The notes: generated by a model not told the origin, from the sequence alone. A DNA stretch of 64,000 nucleotides from Clostridia bacterium (GCA_017513095.1 JAFWDJ010000011.1:731-64730); one strand, 5' to 3'; counted from the first letter of the stretch, positions 1-9,318 are shown. Made by a program: numbers and translations.

Positions 1-166
1 TTTTTTCACTTTTTTCTATTGTACCATTTTTACAGAGACACAATCTGTCTATGTTGAAAAAAAGAGCATATTTTTTATAAATATTATTGAAAATCATGCC
101 GTTTTTTTAAGAAAATCCGCCGCCGCGCATGACGTAATCTGTCCTTCCGGCGTTGTTCCTAAAAAA

Positions 167-194
167 ATAACGCGGGAGGCGTCCCGCGTTATTT
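167..194. terminator. Bidirectional intrinsic terminator hairpin downstream of the PucR-family gene
   Basis: AATAACGCGGGA-GGCG-TCCCGCGTTATT is a perfect 12-bp stem. It has an A-run on the left and a T-run on the right, so either strand sees a U-tail. It lies 28 nt past the stop at 222. Confidence 0.55.
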
Positions 195-221
195 TTGACC
201 CGGCAAAAAAGCCGTATTTTT

Positions 222-1307
222 TTAGAATCTCGTCGGATTTGACGTAAGGTACTTCTTGACCATGAGCGCGACCTTGAAGATTATCGCGTGGTCGAATTCG
301 CGAAGGTCGAGGCCGGTGATCTTTCTTATCTTCTCTATTCTGTAAACGAGCGTGTTGCGGTGGACGAAGAGCTTTCTTGACGTCTCCGATACGTTTAGGT
401 TATTCTCAAAGAATTTCTGTATCGTAAACAGCGTCTCGTTGTCGAGCGACTCAAGCGACCCCTTCTTTAATACCTCCTGAAGGAACATTTCGCAGAGCGT
501 GGTGGGAAGCTGGTATATAAGGCGGCCGATGCCGAGATTTTCGTAGCTTATTATAAGCTTCTCCTCGTCGAATATCTTGCCCACCTCGAGTGCGATCTCA
601 GCCTCCTTGAAGGAGCGCGCGAGGTCTTTTAAGTCAGTGACCATGGTGCCGATGCCGACGATGGACTTAACGAAAAGCTCGCCGTGCAGCGTATTTACGA
701 TGGTGCGCGCCGTCTTTTCGAAATCCTTGAGCGTCGCCGTATTCTTTACCTCGTTTACGAGCACGATGTCGTTCTCGTTTATATTAACGACGAAATCGCG
801 GTTCCTGTTGGGGAACAGATTCGATATGATATCGAAGACCGAAAAGTCGGTCGAATCCACGGTGCGAATGAGGAATACCACGCGGCTGGTGTCATTCTGA
901 AAATGAAGCTCCTTGCTTTTAACGTATATATCGTCGAAGAGGATATTGTCGAGGATAATATTCTTTACAAAGGTGCTCTTTTCATACTTTTCGTCATAAT
1001 ACTGCTTTACGCTGTTTAGGGAAACGCCTATCATGTTGGCAAAAGTGAGCGCGAGATCGTCCTCGCCTTCAACGAAGACGATAAAGTCAAGATGCGTTTT
1101 CGTACCGAAGGGCCTGTACGTATATCCGCTCTGAACGAGCGTATCGAAGCCCGAAGTGATATTTACGGCCACCTCGTCCCGCGAGGTGCCCATCATTGCG
1201 AGATTAGTGCAGGCGATAACGGTGCCTGCCTCATCAAGCACGCCGATAGTGCGGTCAACCGCGTCCTTCATCTCATGTATAACACCCTGAAACAATCTTC
1301 CCGACAT
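222..1307 (-). CDS. PucR/CdaR-family transcriptional regulator
   Basis: This uses the ORF-track frame 222..1373. I moved the start to the ATG at 1307 (MSGRLFQGV...), which has GGAGG just upstream. The C-terminal PucR-type HTH is NVSETSRKLFVHRNTLVYRIEKIRKITGLD. Confidence 0.75.
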   Translation of the reverse strand: MSGRLFQGVIHEMKDAVDRTIGVLDEAGTVIACTNLAMMGTSRDEVAVNITSGFDTLVQSGYTYRPFGTKTHLDFIVFVEGEDDLALTFANMIGVSLNSVKQYYDEKYEKSTFVKNIILDNILFDDIYVKSKELHFQNDTSRVVFLIRTVDSTDFSVFDIISNLFPNRNRDFVVNINENDIVLVNEVKNTATLKDFEKTARTIVNTLHGELFVKSIVGIGTMVTDLKDLARSFKEAEIALEVGKIFDEEKLIISYENLGIGRLIYQLPTTLCEMFLQEVLKKGSLESLDNETLFTIQKFFENNLNVSETSRKLFVHRNTLVYRIEKIRKITGLDLREFDHAIIFKVALMVKKYLTSNPTRF

Positions 1308-1982
1308 TTTTACCTCCCAACCGCCGCATCGGATCTCAGATTGCCGCCGTCTGCGGAAATTTTGACGGCGCAAATATATGATTTTAAAAAAAACTTACTC
1401 TAAACAAGGCTTGATGTGATTATGCACAAAAAACTTGCATAATTCCACAAAATATTTTACATCAAAATAAACATAAATACAATACTATTGTGAAATTTTT
1501 TTCAAAAAAATTCGCCGCGAGGGTCGGATTTCCCGCGGCGGCGCCGCCGCCCGCGCAGACGTTTCGTTTCGCAAGTATGAGATTATAAAGAGAGGGCGGA
1601 AAATCCGCCCTCACAAAAAGACCTTTGGGTTTTTATTGTGAATTAGCGTTCTGCATACAGAATGGTGCTTAACACAATTTGTATATTATAATCGTATATA
1701 CAATCTAATTCTGGCTTTTTCTGATTCTAATTCTACAAATAATACCTCTAACAATTAAAAACAGTATTGTTGCTGCGCTTGTCGTTATAAGAGTTACAAA
1801 TAAGACAAAAAACGAGTACCGCAAATACCGTAACCGCATAACGAATAACGCAGGATATAATTGAGACCGCAACAGATGCTGTTATCTCATATCCCCACTC
1901 GACACATATTAACTAAATTAGTTTAATTAATATCGCTGCTCCTGTTTCTATCCTCATTTGCGTTGCGGAAATGAACCAAGGG

Positions 1983-4025
1983 TCAAGGCTCAATAATGTT
2001 GAAGGTCGGTACCATAGGTGTCATAAACTTGGGCAGGCCCTCCACGACAGAGGCATCGCCCTCCACAGTCGTGCCCTCCAGCAGATCGTGATTGCCCAGC
2101 ATAATGTTCAGAAGCTGGAGCTTCGTGCAGGTGACGGTTGCGTCGGCGCTCTCGTCGGTGACGCCCTTGCAGTACAGCAACACGCCGCTGACCCGCTTGA
2201 TGAAGAAGCTCTCCCCGGTATCCGTCAGGATGAGGTTGAGGGACAGAGGGGAGTTCTGGGCCGCCTCACTGTCGGTGCAGATGCGGATGTAGTCCAGCAT
2301 CATCTCCGCTGTCATGGACAGGCGGTTGTCCTCGCTGGCGGCGGCGGCTCTGCCGGTCTCGGCCAGGTTGCCTTCCCGGAGCTCCAGAGCGCCGGAGAGG
2401 TAGGCGTTTCGCCAGGTGCCGCTCTCGGCCTGATAGCCCAGCTGCTCCAGGGCGTCGGCGCACAGATTCCGGGCATCCTGGTTGGAGGGATCGGCGAAGA
2501 CCAGCTCCTTGGTCACCTGGGCCACCCACTGGTACTCGCCCTTGTCATAGTCCTGCCGGGCCTTCTCCAGCACCGCGTCGGTGTCCCCCAGGTACTCCAC
2601 CCACTTCTTGGCGGTGTCCTCCGGGGACAGGGGGTTTAGGTTCACCGGGTTGGCGTCATACCAGCCCAGGTACTTCTGATAGACCGCCTTGGCGTTGTGG
2701 GACAGGGTGCCGTAATACTGCCTGGTGTACCAGACCTTGTTCAGAGCGTCAGGCAGCTTGATCATGTTCGCGATCTCATTGGAGGTGTAGCCCATGTTGG
2801 CATAATGCAGGGTCTGGTCGTGGATAAACTGATAGGCTGCAGCTGTGTTCTCCATATAGGTCTTGATGTTCTCTGTATCCCAGTGAGGCCAGTTGTGAGA
2901 CTGGAAGACCACATCGGTCTCATCGCCGAACAGCATCTCCGCCTCCAAAATGTAGGATGCCCAGGCGGAGGCGTCCCGGACCTCCGCGCCCCGGAGGGTG
3001 TAGAGGTTGTGCATGGTGCCGGTGCAGTTCTCCGCCAGCCACAGGGCGCGGTACTGAGGGAAATAGGCGTTCATCTCCGCCGGAGCCTCGGTGCCGGGGG
3101 TCAGCTGGAACTGGATTTCCAGACCGTCGATAGTGATGGTCTCGTTTTCGGTTACATCATAGGTCGGGGCAACAAGGCCGGTGTGGCCCACAGACTGGCC
3201 CAAGCCGATGCCCATGGCCAGTTTCCCGGTCTCGCCGGGGGTCAGCATGGTGCCGTACTGGTACATAGCCCGGCGGGCCATGGCGACGCCGGCGTAGACA
3301 TTCTCGCTGACGGCGTGCTCCAGGAATCCCTCGGGAGCCAGGATCACAACCTTCCCGGAGGCAAGCTGCTCCGCCAGGGACAGGCTGGGATCCGCCGCGT
3401 CCTCTTTGTCAATGAGGCCCAGGATGCCGCCGTAATGGTCCACATGGGAGTGGCTGTACAGCACAGCCTTTATGTCCAACTCCCCAAAGTGCTTCTCCAT
3501 GAGAGCCTTTGCCTGCTCCATGTCCTCACTGCACATGAGCACATCGAAGACGATCCAGCCATTATCCGTGCGGATGAAGGTGGCGTTGGCCATGTCATAG
3601 CCCCGGACCTGGTAGATTCCGTTGCAGACCTCAAAGAGGCCGGCATAGGAGTTGTACAGGGTGTTTCGCCAGAGGCTGGGGTTGATGGAGTCCGGGATGG
3701 TTTCGAGCTCATCCATGAAGGAGTAGGCGTCTACGTTCCAGACCTCTTTACCGTTCTCGTCATAGATGACCAGGCTCTCCGGCGCCTCGATGAGGCCCCG
3801 TAGGGCGTTTTCTTTCTCGCTTTCGTCGTCAAAATCCAGGGCGTCATACCAGGCGGCGTTGGCCTGGGCGGTGGCTTCCGTGGCGGGGGTGGGCGTGCCG
3901 GGCTCGACGGCTTCGGTCGTCTTCGCCGCCGGTTCGGGCTCCGCAGGCTGACTGGTCCCGCAGCCCCCCAACAGGCCTAGGGCCAGGATCAGGGCCAACA
4001 GGATCGAAATGCTTCTTTTCTTCAT
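1983..4025 (-). CDS. MBL-fold alkyl/aryl-sulfatase (SdsA1/BDS1-like), lipoprotein
   Basis: 680-aa ORF with a GGAGG RBS. The signal peptide carries a lipobox (LLGGC). The metallo-beta-lactamase motif HSHVDHYGG is present. Length and C-terminal region are typical of type III sulfatases. GC and codon style differ from the flanking genes. Confidence 0.8.
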   Translation of the reverse strand: MKKRSISILLALILALGLLGGCGTSQPAEPEPAAKTTEAVEPGTPTPATEATAQANAAWYDALDFDDESEKENALRGLIEAPESLVIYDENGKEVWNVDAYSFMDELETIPDSINPSLWRNTLYNSYAGLFEVCNGIYQVRGYDMANATFIRTDNGWIVFDVLMCSEDMEQAKALMEKHFGELDIKAVLYSHSHVDHYGGILGLIDKEDAADPSLSLAEQLASGKVVILAPEGFLEHAVSENVYAGVAMARRAMYQYGTMLTPGETGKLAMGIGLGQSVGHTGLVAPTYDVTENETITIDGLEIQFQLTPGTEAPAEMNAYFPQYRALWLAENCTGTMHNLYTLRGAEVRDASAWASYILEAEMLFGDETDVVFQSHNWPHWDTENIKTYMENTAAAYQFIHDQTLHYANMGYTSNEIANMIKLPDALNKVWYTRQYYGTLSHNAKAVYQKYLGWYDANPVNLNPLSPEDTAKKWVEYLGDTDAVLEKARQDYDKGEYQWVAQVTKELVFADPSNQDARNLCADALEQLGYQAESGTWRNAYLSGALELREGNLAETGRAAAASEDNRLSMTAEMMLDYIRICTDSEAAQNSPLSLNLILTDTGESFFIKRVSGVLLYCKGVTDESADATVTCTKLQLLNIMLGNHDLLEGTTVEGDASVVEGLPKFMTPMVPTFNIIEP

Positions 4026-4070
4026 TTTGGTATCCTCCTTGATTATGTTTGTATGCTTTAAAGTGTTCTT

Positions 4071-4296
4071 TTATGGATCATTCTGAATTGTGAACCTTTC
4101 CACCAGCAGGTCCCTAAGCAGCAGCTCCTGTTCCGGGTCTGGTCCTCTGAGATAAACCAGCCCTACGGCATACCGGGTCACCGCCGCCAGCATCAGGTGG
4201 AGGGTGGCGGAGAACATCTCCTCCGGAGAGAGGTCTGTTCGCAGGGTACCGTCCTGTTTCCCCTTGGCCCCAATTTCCCGGAACTCCTCCTCATCA
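4071..4296 (-). pseudogene. 5'-truncated TetR/AcrR-family regulator remnant (C-terminal domain only)
   Basis: The minus frame reads YFDEEEFREIGAKGKQDGTLRTDLSPEEMFSATLHLMLAAVTRYAVGLVYLRGPDPEQELLLRDLLVERFTIQNDP*, with the stop at 4071-4073. It looks like the ligand-binding half of a TetR regulator. There is no HTH and no start codon, because the frame runs straight into the 3' end of the ABC ATPase gene. Confidence 0.5.
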
Positions 4297-5382
4297 AAGT
4301 ATCGTCTTGCCGGTGTCGCGGTCGAAGATGAAGAACGAGCCTTCGCTGATTTCGAGCGTGACCTTGTCGCCCGCCTTTACGGAGGCGTCAACGTCAACGA
4401 GCGTATCGAAAAGCTTGCTCTTGAAAAAGCCCGTGCGCACTCCGTTCTCGTCGCGGACTTCCTCGAATCTGCCCTTTATGCCGCTTTCGGCGTGCCTGCT
4501 CGGCTTCAGACCGTTATGGCGTATGCCCACGGTGACCTCGCGGCCGACGTAATTCGAGAGCTTCTTGTTTTCGGGCGCGAAAACGGGTATAACGGACGAC
4601 GCCTTATCGATCGAGAGCACGTATCCGCTCTCCCCCTCGGAGAGCACGCCCTCGACGGTCGTCATGTGGAAGTGGTTTATGAACTGCGCAACGTAGACGT
4701 TCGCGGGCGTTTCGTATATCTTTCTCACGCCGTCCACCTGCTGTATGTAGCCGTTCTTTAATACGACGGTGCGCGCCTTCAGCGCGAGCGCCTGCTCGGG
4801 ATTGTTAGTTGCAACGAGCATCGTAAGCTTGAACTTCTTATTAAGATTTATTATAGCCTGCCAGAAGAGCTCCTGCTCCGACGGCGGGATATCGGGGAAC
4901 GGCTCGTCTATGAGTATTATCTTCGGCTCACGGATGACGGCGCGGGCAAGTATCGCCGCGAAGCTCTCCGCCGGAGCAAGCTCCTCGGGGAGGCTCTCAA
5001 GGATGCCCGTAATGCCCATGTCCTCGGCCGCCTTCATTATTCTTTCGCGCCTCTTCGCTGCGGGCAGCTTCACGAGGCGAAGGCTGAATTCAAGATTCTC
5101 GTATACCGTATGGCCCGGATAGAACGTGTGGCTCGGAAATATCACAGAGACGTCTCTGTCCTTAGGTGTTACGCCCGCGCAGCTCTGCTGCTCTATGAAT
5201 ATTTCGCCCTCGTCGGCCGCTTCAAGGCCGCAGATTATATTTAAGATAGTGCTTTTGCCCGACCCCTTCGGACCTGCAAGCACTACAAGCTCTCCCGTGG
5301 AAAGATCAAGATTGAAATTCGAAACGGCGTTTATGCCGTTACCGTAGCGTTTCGACACGCCCTTAAGCAATAAACCGGACAT
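4294..5382 (-). CDS. MalK/MsmX-like ABC transporter ATP-binding protein with degenerate catalytic motifs
   Basis: The start was moved to the ATG at 5382 (MSGLLLKGVSKRYG), which has a GGGGGTGA RBS. Walker A (GPKGSGKST) and Walker B (ILIDEP) are present. The signature LSGGQ is replaced by LAPAE, the Q-loop Q by P, and the H-loop H by N (ATNN). A MalK-type C-terminal regulatory domain is present (ETPANVYVAQFIN...). Confidence 0.8.
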   Translation of the reverse strand: MSGLLLKGVSKRYGNGINAVSNFNLDLSTGELVVLAGPKGSGKSTILNIICGLEAADEGEIFIEQQSCAGVTPKDRDVSVIFPSHTFYPGHTVYENLEFSLRLVKLPAAKRRERIMKAAEDMGITGILESLPEELAPAESFAAILARAVIREPKIILIDEPFPDIPPSEQELFWQAIINLNKKFKLTMLVATNNPEQALALKARTVVLKNGYIQQVDGVRKIYETPANVYVAQFINHFHMTTVEGVLSEGESGYVLSIDKASSVIPVFAPENKKLSNYVGREVTVGIRHNGLKPSRHAESGIKGRFEEVRDENGVRTGFFKSKLFDTLVDVDASVKAGDKVTLEISEGSFFIFDRDTGKTIL

Positions 5383-5523
5383 AATAATCACCCCCGTACT
5401 TATTTGATTGCAAAAATATATATAGATATATATTACCACAAAAATGAAATCTGAAAAGCCCAAAAAACGCCGTTGTGAAATTTCTGCTCATTGCACAAAA
5501 AACAATTTTAAAAACAAACGTTT

Positions 5524-6222
5524 TTAACAAAAAATGCGCTCTTTTTCCTCCGCCGTAAGCTCCCGTACCTCGCCCTCCGAAAGATCGTCGGGGAGTTTAA
5601 GTCCCCCGAAAGAAATTCGCTTCAGCTTCACCACGCGGTTGCCGCGCGCGCCGAACATCTTTTTTATCTGATGATAGCGCCCCTCGCTTATCGTAACGCG
5701 CGCTTCATAATCGCCCGTAATCTCAAGCTCCGCGCTCTTCGTAAGGTAGCCGCCCTCTATGTACACGCCCTCTCTGAACGCGCGCACATCGTCCTCGGTC
5801 GGCGGTTCTGAAAGCCCGACGATATACGTCTTTTTAACGTGCGACTTCGGCGACAGCGCCTCGTGCGCGAACCGGCCGTCGTTCGTGATTATCATAAGGC
5901 CCGTCGTGTATTTGTCGAGCCGCCCCGCCGGGAAAAGCTGTCTTCCCTTATATTCGTCGGGCACAAGCTCCAAAACGGTGCGCTCGCTTTTGTCCTCAGT
6001 CGCGCTTACGTACCCCTCGGGCTTGTTCAAGATGAGATATATAAACGGCTTATACGGCACGATCCCGCCGTCGACGGCTACCTCGTCGCGCGTCTCGTCT
6101 ATTTTCTGCTCGGGCGACGCGGCGCGAACGCCGTTTACGGTGACTCTGCCCTGACGGATAAGCTTTTTAATCGCGCTTCGGCTCTCGCTCGTGCATTCGG
6201 AAAGCATTTTGTCAAGCCTCAT
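5524..6222 (-). CDS. RsuA/RluB-family pseudouridine synthase (S4 domain + catalytic domain)
   Basis: The start was moved to the ATG at 6222 (MRLDKMLSE...). It has an N-terminal S4 RNA-binding domain and the catalytic motif GRLDKYTTGLMIITNDG. Confidence 0.85.
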   Translation of the reverse strand: MRLDKMLSECTSESRSAIKKLIRQGRVTVNGVRAASPEQKIDETRDEVAVDGGIVPYKPFIYLILNKPEGYVSATEDKSERTVLELVPDEYKGRQLFPAGRLDKYTTGLMIITNDGRFAHEALSPKSHVKKTYIVGLSEPPTEDDVRAFREGVYIEGGYLTKSAELEITGDYEARVTISEGRYHQIKKMFGARGNRVVKLKRISFGGLKLPDDLSEGEVRELTAEEKERIFC

Positions 6223-6291
6223 GTTTCGTCCCGCCTTGTCATAAATTTTACGCCGCGTGAGTATTATTCTTAACGGAAAGGAAGTGGGCGT

Positions 6292-6792
6292 ATGTTCATC
6301 CTCTCGTTTAAGGCCACAAAAAAGCGCGCCGTGCTGTTTTTCGCCGCGGCGTGCGCCATAGCCGCCGTTTTTATGCTTATACTTTCGCATCAGGGCTGCG
6401 AGAGCGCGCCCGCCGCGGACGCGCGCGCGGAATTTGACGGCGCGTCAAACAACGACGGGCGCGTATTCTATCTTGAAAGCCTCGGGCTTACCGTGACCCC
6501 CGACCCCGTTGAAACGTCGGAGGTCGAGATACCCGATGAGTTCGGCGACGTATACGCGCGGTATAACGAGATACAGAAGACCGCGGGCTTCGATTTGGAG
6601 CAATACCGCGGCGAGAGCTGTATGCGCTATACGTATCACGTCCATAATTTCGACGAGGCCGACTCCGAAGTATACGCAAATCTTCTTGTTTTCGAGGGCC
6701 GCGTCATAGGCGGCGACATCTGCGTGCGCGACCTTGACGGCTTCATGCTGCCCCTAAACGCCGCCGAAAACGTCGGCGCGGGTAAGCGTTAG
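6292..6792 (+). CDS. Membrane-anchored hypothetical protein (DUF4830-like)
   Basis: 166-aa ORF with an N-terminal TM helix (AVLFFAAACAIAAVFMLIL). The remainder resembles clostridial DUF4830 proteins, from memory only. Confidence 0.5.
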   Translation: MFILSFKATKKRAVLFFAAACAIAAVFMLILSHQGCESAPAADARAEFDGASNNDGRVFYLESLGLTVTPDPVETSEVEIPDEFGDVYARYNEIQKTAGFDLEQYRGESCMRYTYHVHNFDEADSEVYANLLVFEGRVIGGDICVRDLDGFMLPLNAAENVGAGKR

Positions 6793-7568
6793 CCCCGCGC
6801 GCCCGTGAGCGTTACGAATACGAGCTGCGGCGGATTAAAAAAGCGCGGAAGGTGCGGCTCTATCGCAAGGCCGCGGCTTATTATGAGCTTAAGTCCGTCT
6901 ATGTCGTATTCGCCCTCGGCAAGCTCGGGGAAAAGCCCCTGCCCCGACGAATATACGCCGCGCTTTTTAAACGGCGTGCGAATCTGGCCGCCGTGCGTGT
7001 GGCCGCTTAATGCGGCGTCAAAGCCGTAATCGGTAAAGTGTTTTACAAGGTGCGGCTTGTGAATGAGCAGTATTTTCGGTACGCTCTCGCTTTTCAGCGG
7101 CTCAAGCGCCGCCTTCGCGTCCGAAAGCCACGCCTCGGTCGTATCAAAGCCCCGCTCGTCGTCAAGCCCCGCGAGGATGAAATCACACCCGCCGGCGCTG
7201 AGACGCACGCACTCGTTCGTAAGCACCCTTATGCCGAAGCGCGCAAAGTCTTCTTTTATCTTCGGCACGTCGTTTCGCCGGTATTCGTGATTGCCCGTGA
7301 CGTAGAACGACTTAAGGCGCTTTGCAATCTTCTCCGCGAAAACGTACGCGCCGCGCGTTGACACCTTTTCGTCCACGATATCGCCCGCAAGCAGCGCGAT
7401 ATCGGGCGAATGCGAGAGTATGAGCGAGATTAAGTCCTCGTGTCCGTTTTTATACATAAAGCTGTGAAGGTCGCTTATAAGCGCGAATTTAAGCGCGCGT
7501 CCCACAGGGATTTTGGGCGTAGGTATATCAAAATATGTTACTTCTATATCGCGTTCCCGCGTGAACAT
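6789..7568 (-). CDS. Calcineurin-like metallophosphoesterase
   Basis: The motifs ISDLHS, AGDIVD, GNHE and GHTHGGQ occur in the canonical order. A GGAG RBS precedes the ATG at 7568. Confidence 0.85.
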   Translation of the reverse strand: MFTRERDIEVTYFDIPTPKIPVGRALKFALISDLHSFMYKNGHEDLISLILSHSPDIALLAGDIVDEKVSTRGAYVFAEKIAKRLKSFYVTGNHEYRRNDVPKIKEDFARFGIRVLTNECVRLSAGGCDFILAGLDDERGFDTTEAWLSDAKAALEPLKSESVPKILLIHKPHLVKHFTDYGFDAALSGHTHGGQIRTPFKKRGVYSSGQGLFPELAEGEYDIDGLKLIISRGLAIEPHLPRFFNPPQLVFVTLTGARG

Positions 7569-7715
7569 CGAAATTTCTCCTTTAGGGGTAAAGCTTTAAC
7601 ATCCTCAGCTATTATACCAAAGGCGGGGCGCGTTGACACGCGCTTTTTGAAAAAAATATTTATTGAATTATCAAAACCCCTGTGGTATACTGGGTTTACC
7701 TCGGAGGTGTGAAAA

Positions 7716-8141
7716 ATGATGATATCAAGCCGGGGACGCCATGCTTTGAGCGTGATGCTCGACCTTGCCGAACACAGCGGCGAGGGCTCGATTCCGCTCA
7801 AGGATATAGCGGCCCGTCATGGAATATCCGAAAAGTATCTTGAAAGCATCGTGGCCATTTTAAGCAAGGCGGGCTTCGTTTCGGGCGTGCGCGGCAAGGG
7901 CGGCGGATATACGCTCACGAAGGACCCGAAGATGTATACCGTGGGCAGCATATTAAAGCTGACGGAGCTCAGTCTCTCCCCCGTGTCGTGCGTCGGGGAC
8001 AAGGCGAACGTGTGCGACCACGCCGCAAAGTGCATCACGCTCCCCATGTGGGAACGCCTCGACCAGATGATAGACAATTATCTTGAAAGCATAACGATAT
8101 GCGACCTTTTAAACCGCGAATACGACTGCTGTGAAAATTAA
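7716..8141 (+). CDS. Rrf2-family transcriptional regulator (CymR/IscR-like)
   Basis: The N-terminal Rrf2 winged helix is MMISSRGRHALSVMLDLAEH...IPLKDIA. A GGAGG RBS is present. Cys residues lie in the C-terminal half (SPVSCVGDKANVCDHAAKC). Confidence 0.85.
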   Translation: MMISSRGRHALSVMLDLAEHSGEGSIPLKDIAARHGISEKYLESIVAILSKAGFVSGVRGKGGGYTLTKDPKMYTVGSILKLTELSLSPVSCVGDKANVCDHAAKCITLPMWERLDQMIDNYLESITICDLLNREYDCCEN

Positions 8142-8185
8142 ATAATCCCGACCGCGTAAGCGGCCGGGATTATTTTTTCTTTTCT

Positions 8186-9115
8186 TTATTCGGTGAACAT
8201 TGCGGTGGAAAGATAGCGTTCGCCCGTGTCGGGAAGGAGTGCAACTATTATCTTTCCCTTGTTTTCGGGGCGCTTCGCAAGCTCGGTCGCAGCCCATACG
8301 GCGGCGCCGGAGGAAATGCCTACGAGCAGGCCTTCCTTCTTCGCAAGCGTGCGTCCCACCTCGAACGCGTCCTCGTGATCGACGGGGATTATCTCGTCGT
8401 ATATGCCTGTGTTTAACGTATCGGGAACGAAGCCCGCGCCTATGCCCTGTATCTTATGCGGGCCCGCCGTGCCCTTCGAAAGCACGGGCGACGTTTTCGG
8501 TTCGACCGCGACTACCTTTACATTCGGATTTTTGCTCTTTAAATACTCGCCCACGCCCGTTAGAGTGCCGCCCGTGCCTACGCCGGCTACGAATATATCG
8601 ACCTTGCCGTCGGTGTCGTTCCAGATCTCGGGGCCGGTGGTGGCTCTGTGTATCGCCGGATTTGCGGGATTAGTGAACTGACCGGGGATGAAGCTGTTTT
8701 CGTTGGCCGCCGCAAGCTCGTTTGCCTTTTCTATGGCGCCCTTCATGCCCTTTGCGCCTTCGGTGAGAACTATCTCGGCGCCGTAAGCCTTTAAAAGATT
8801 GCGTCTTTCGATGCTCATCGTTTCGGGCATCGTAAGAATTATTCGGTAGCCTCTCGACGCCGCCACGGACGCAAGGCCGATGCCCGTATTGCCGCTCGTG
8901 GGCTCGATTATCACCGCGCCGGGCTTTAACGCGCCCGACTTTTCGGCCTCGTCTATCATGGCCTTTGCGATTCTGTCCTTAACGCTGCCGGCCGGATTGA
9001 AGTATTCAAGCTTTGCGAAAATATCGGCGCCGAGGCCGAGTCTTTCGGAGTAGCCCGAAAGCTTTAAGAGCGGAGTGTTGCCTATAAGATCGGTGATTTT
9101 ATTGTAAACTTTCAT
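8186..9115 (-). CDS. cysK: Cysteine synthase A (O-acetylserine sulfhydrylase)
   Basis: 309 aa with the PLP-lysine region [11 protein letters not shown]. The motifs [10 protein letters not shown] and [10 protein letters not shown] are classic CysK signatures. Confidence 0.95.
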   Translation of the reverse strand: MKVYNKITDLIGNTPLLKLSGYSERLGLGADIFAKLEYFNPAGSVKDRIAKAMIDEAEKSGALKPGAVIIEPTSGNTGIGLASVAASRGYRIILTMPETMSIERRNLLKAYGAEIVLTEGAKGMKGAIEKANELAAANENSFIPGQFTNPANPAIHRATTGPEIWNDTDGKVDIFVAGVGTGGTLTGVGEYLKSKNPNVKVVAVEPKTSPVLSKGTAGPHKIQGIGAGFVPDTLNTGIYDEIIPVDHEDAFEVGRTLAKKEGLLVGISSGAAVWAATELAKRPENKGKIIVALLPDTGERYLSTAMFTE

Positions 9116-9232
9116 TGTTGTATCTCCTTTTGATAATTTGTTTTATATAGATAAAATATCGGGTACAGTGCCGCTTCAACATCGCTTTGAATATGTCGTC
9201 CGCTTCATGCGAAGGCCTCCTTCTCGTCAATT

Positions 9233-9258
9233 CCTATAAAACATAGTGTTTTTATAGG
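9233..9258. promoter_or_regulatory. Perfect 9-bp inverted repeat at the cysK transcription start (candidate Rrf2/CymR operator)
   Basis: CCTATAAAA-CATAGTGT-TTTTATAGG lies immediately downstream of the cysK -10 box. An Rrf2 gene sits 1 kb away. Confidence 0.4.
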
Positions 9259-9262
9259 CTTA

Positions 9263-9291
9263 ATTATAGCACCCGATTTTTGCTTTGTCAA
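9263..9291 (-). promoter_or_regulatory. Consensus sigma-A promoter of cysK
   Basis: The minus strand reads TTGACA-17 nt-TATAAT with an extended TG (TGCTATAAT). Confidence 0.65.
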
Positions 9292-9318
9292 TAGCGAAAT
9301 TTATATTTTTCTTTATTC

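Noticed and set aside
222-1373. N-terminal extensions proposed by the ORF track for several genes (222-1373, 4294-5463, 5524-6390, 9383-10516, 12014-12829, 27746-28201, 32829-33173, 36890-40711, 48812-, 50909-51598, 51872-, 56395-57006, 61339-62412)
   Set aside because: In each case an internal start is preceded by a good Shine-Dalgarno and gives the N-terminus typical of the family. The upstream extension lacks an RBS or overlaps promoters or terminators.
1640-1970. Small hydrophobic minus-strand frame (..WGYEITASVAVSIISCVIRYAVTVFAVLVFCLICNSYNDKRSNNTVFNC*) in the AT-rich spacer
   Set aside because: It has no ATG, GTG or TTG start downstream of the in-frame stop and no RBS. It is probably a decayed remnant or chance frame.
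1971-3803. Long plus-strand ORFs (222 and 368 aa) antisense to the sulfatase gene
   Set aside because: These are typical shadow ORFs of a high-GC gene. They have no RBS, their composition is Gly/Ala/Arg/Val-rich, and the opposite strand carries a clear MBL-fold sulfatase.
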